A DNA stretch of 62,479 nucleotides, filler included, from Globobulimina sp. (taxonomy: Eukaryota), in assembly GCA_003354225.1 (NCBI GenBank). It is 19 parts of 19 records of this genome, joined end to end, with 100 filler letters (N's around TTAATTAATTAA, not from the genome) between each part and the next. Parts side by side here need not be neighbours in the genome. Positions count along the whole stretch, not along the records: positions 59,290 to 62,479 come from PIVH01003461.1; 18 more parts are not named here. One strand, given 5' to 3'. The position numbers were made by a program, and so were the translations under genes. A model generated the notes under the pieces. It did not search any database, was not told where the DNA came from, and saw nothing but the letters and a program-made list of their open reading frames with translations. Positions 59,377 to 62,479 of this stretch are shown in pieces. Within the stretch, counting starts at the first letter, position 1. The number at the start of each line of letters is the position of its first letter.

Positions 59377-60436
59377 AATGTGGCGCTCAAAGAAAGATCA
59401 AAAGAAATCTTCCAAACAAAACACATCACTAAAACATCCAAAATCATTTATTGGAACAATAAACTCTGAACAGGGACAAAAACATCGTGTTATTGTCACA
59501 CATTTATTATCACTCACATTAACGCGTGAAGTGGAAACAGAATTATTATGGTTTGTCGCTCAAGGTTTTGATTTGCCACTTGTTATTGGTGAACAATTCA
59601 TATGTAAAACACGTGAATTTCAATCAGCATCGTACCACGCTTGCCTTGAGTTAATTAATTGAATATAATATATATATATATACAATTATTACAATAACAT
59701 GTACAGATTCACGTTAACGACATTATTTCATGAGGATTTTGCTCAGGAGATATGGTTAATGCTATTATCCAAATTACATGAATTTGAAATATGTCAACTT
59801 GCATTGAGTGGTTTGGAGAGAAAAACACGTAAATTTCACCGAAAAACCTATGAAAACTGTTTTGTTGGTCGGGAATGTACCGATTTGTTACTTAATTATA
59901 AGTTTGTACCTAACAGAGAACGCGCTGTTACTTTGGGTGAAATATGGCAAGAAAGAGGTTTAATACAACACGTTACCAACAGCAAAGGCCATACATTTAA
60001 AGATGATCAATTATATTATACCTTTGATGAAGAACAAATTATAAAACATATTAAATTGGTTCGACGATCACGGAATAGATCAAAATCGAATCGTTATAAT
60101 TCAAATATGAATATTGGACATTCCATCGATGATATTATTAACATTGAAAATAATTCGCCAAAAATGATGAGGAATAAAAGTAATCAAAGTAACTCGCAAT
60201 TATTATTTAAAAAAGTGAATAGCAATAATATGAAAAAACGGGCTAACAAAAAACATAAAAACAGTAACATCAATTTATTAAAACAAAGGTCAAAATCAAA
60301 AGATACGCGGATTTCAAGTAAAGATAATATATTTGGCGCAAACACATTAATTGATGAAGACAGCAAAATTATGTATTTTATGAATAAGGAATGGAGTGAT
60401 TCGGAAAAGGAACAAGTTGATATTGTAAGCGATTGA
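59377..60436 (+). CDS. DEP-domain protein, intron 59650-59706
   Basis: TYENCFVGRECTDLL, RERAVTLG and GLIQHV....FKDDQLYYTF. The 57-nt GTTAAT..ACAG intron restores the frame. Confidence 0.85.
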
Positions 60437-60770
60437 GACAGATTAAATTCATCAAATCAACAAACTATATGCACATAATACTACACTGTATCTTTACATA
60501 TTATATATATATAAATATTTTAAATAAGTTTTATTAATTAAATTGGTTTTTTGTTGTTGTACATGTTACCAATGACTTTGTATTTGTGGCTGGTTTGTTG
60601 TTTGTTTTTTATAATTATCTACAGTTTAATATACCTTTCAAGTTTCAAAAAGGATCCAAAAAGTAAACATGACTTTTTGTGGATAGCTAGTGACGAAAAG
60701 TTCTTGTCTTGAAATTTTTTGTGATTTTTTAAATACCTCGAGCTCACAAAACAAAAGCTAGTTTTATAGT

Positions 60771-62390
60771 TTATGGCAAATCAATGTTATCCATATCATG
60801 GTGTGTTGTATTGAGCTGTTTCCATTCCTTTTCCTCAAAAGTCATTGTAATTTGTGATGGGATACATTTAGTTTGAACATATTCGTTTGCAACTTGTGTT
60901 GAATTATTTTCATTTTTTTTCTTGTTTAATATTGAGATAACATCAAATTTGGAAATCTTGTGTTTTATATTTTGTTGATACATTATTTTATTACAACAAT
61001 TGCCGCAATACAAAATATTCTTTTTTAAACATATTTCATGTCCACAAAAATAATAACCAATCTCGGTCAAATTATATTGAATATTTATATATAATCTACA
61101 CTTTATACATTTGATTAATAATTCCTTCTTTTTATTGTCTTTTTTATAATTTAATAATGTATTTGGATGCAGAACACATTCATATAACGTATGATTATTT
61201 AAACAATACGCATTATAATCTTGTAATGATGGCAATGTGTGCTGTGTTAAATGCGTTGTTGATAATTTAATCATTTCTAAAATATTATAAATCCGAACAC
61301 ATTTATGTTGAATATATTTGTTATCAATGTCATCTTCAAATGACTTTATAATGTGATCCATATCATCTCTCATCAGCATGTAATCATTTTTAATCCATGC
61401 TTTTGTTGAAATATGTCGTGTTTTTTGTGTTAATATAAAACAAATGCAATCCATTAAAGTCTCAAAAATCGCAGTAATCACTAAGCCAAAATTCTTATCA
61501 TTAAGAAATGCAAAAATAGGATCACAAATTCTATATAATTTCTGACTTATATTTAAATCCTTAAATCTATTCTCATGCAATGGCATTGTGTATAACCTAT
61601 GAAATAAATCATTGTATAAATTATTATACACAATCTCAGACGAAAGGAGTGATGCAATCCATTGTAAACTGGCATTATATTTCTCATAAATATCAAAAAA
61701 TAATGTATTTATAACTCCGCTTGTATTAAATTGAAATTCCAATTTAATTATTTGATCAACAAATATTTCATTATACTCGTTTTCAATCAAATCCATAATA
61801 TCATCGAAATACATATTCGTACAATTTAGATCTCCAACTTTAATTAATTCAAATCCAATGCATATTTCATATTTATATTCAATACATTTTGCATTAATAT
61901 TTGATATCACACATCCTATCTTTTTCTCATATTCGAAGGGAATAAATATAAAATTCTTCGATAAGAATTGCCATACATTGCAACCTTCCAACGTTATAAC
62001 AACTGCACGCTGTAAATATTCATCTGCGTCTTGTTGGAATTCATTGTGTATAAATTTATCATATTGCTGTTGAATTAATATTTTCGTGCGATTTAGAGAT
62101 GACAATATAAAATCTAATGAATGCATTTGAATGGCCAATTTCTTTAATTTTAATTCCTGCGCTTTCTCATTCTTTTCATCTTCCTTTTTAAATGGAGCAA
62201 TATTGAGCGATAAAACAGGTCTCATTGGTAATAAACTGGATATTTTTTTATTTATATTATTGGTCATCCACACACACATTCGACATAATTGTTTTTGTAA
62301 CAGTTTCCAATATGCTTTAGAATCATTAAAATTATATAATTTGAGTGAAACTAAAAATGATAAACATCCATTCGTCATAGAATCGGCCAA
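60771..62390 (-). CDS. Helical protein resembling Munc13-homology (MHD) C-terminus, with PDZ-like and Cys-rich insertions; probably a last exon
   Basis: MRDDMDHIIKSF..ILEMIKLSTTHL is MHD2-like. IGFELIKVGDLNCTNMYFDDIMDLI is PDZ-like. A CxxC..CxxxxC..CxxC cluster follows. Confidence 0.5.
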   Translation of the reverse strand: MADSMTNGCLSFLVSLKLYNFNDSKAYWKLLQKQLCRMCVWMTNNINKKISSLLPMRPVLSLNIAPFKKEDEKNEKAQELKLKKLAIQMHSLDFILSSLNRTKILIQQQYDKFIHNEFQQDADEYLQRAVVITLEGCNVWQFLSKNFIFIPFEYEKKIGCVISNINAKCIEYKYEICIGFELIKVGDLNCTNMYFDDIMDLIENEYNEIFVDQIIKLEFQFNTSGVINTLFFDIYEKYNASLQWIASLLSSEIVYNNLYNDLFHRLYTMPLHENRFKDLNISQKLYRICDPIFAFLNDKNFGLVITAIFETLMDCICFILTQKTRHISTKAWIKNDYMLMRDDMDHIIKSFEDDIDNKYIQHKCVRIYNILEMIKLSTTHLTQHTLPSLQDYNAYCLNNHTLYECVLHPNTLLNYKKDNKKKELLIKCIKCRLYINIQYNLTEIGYYFCGHEICLKKNILYCGNCCNKIMYQQNIKHKISKFDVISILNKKKNENNSTQVANEYVQTKCIPSQITMTFEEKEWKQLNTTHHDMDNIDLP

Positions 62391-62479
62391 TGTGCATAAG
62401 TCTATAATATACTCACTTATATAATTTGTATTTGCTAAATCAGCAATATCGATATCATAATTTTTATTTGATAATACTT

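Overview
This window is not a contiguous locus. It is 19 unrelated contigs of about 3.19 kb, sorted by decreasing length (3197 to 3190 bp) and joined by an artificial 100-nt spacer (44 N + TTAATTAATTAA + 44 N), so nothing can be inferred from neighbourhood across a spacer. The DNA is from an AT-rich, gene-dense eukaryote with short GT-AG introns (50-155 nt) whose donors are mostly GTT. Gene content and intron style suggest a protist with a flagellated stage, possibly a foraminiferan or other rhizarian (inference only). Recognisable genes include a GH5 mannanase, LTV1, CCDC113, an SDR, an MFS transporter, a nocturnin-like EEP, GT32, a SHAQKYF-type Myb, a class I PDE, an isochorismatase, a PKD1-like GPS receptor, a QRT3-like enzyme, DoxX, ICMT, a DgoD-like dehydratase, HIT, DEP and several 7TM proteins. 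Mobile elements include a Polinton-type protein-primed PolB with an inserted nuclease and an odd motif B, a MULE/NOF-like transposase, a LINE 3' fragment, a complete 326-bp hAT-type MITE with a perfect 8-bp TSD, and three other inverted-repeat elements. The most interesting candidates are a membrane-anchored EF-hand precursor ending in RRRL plus a 6-Cys hydrophobic peptide, a PTS2-bearing galactonate dehydratase, an Orai-like 4-TM protein, and the divergent pPolB. All family calls come from motif recognition by eye, not database searches.
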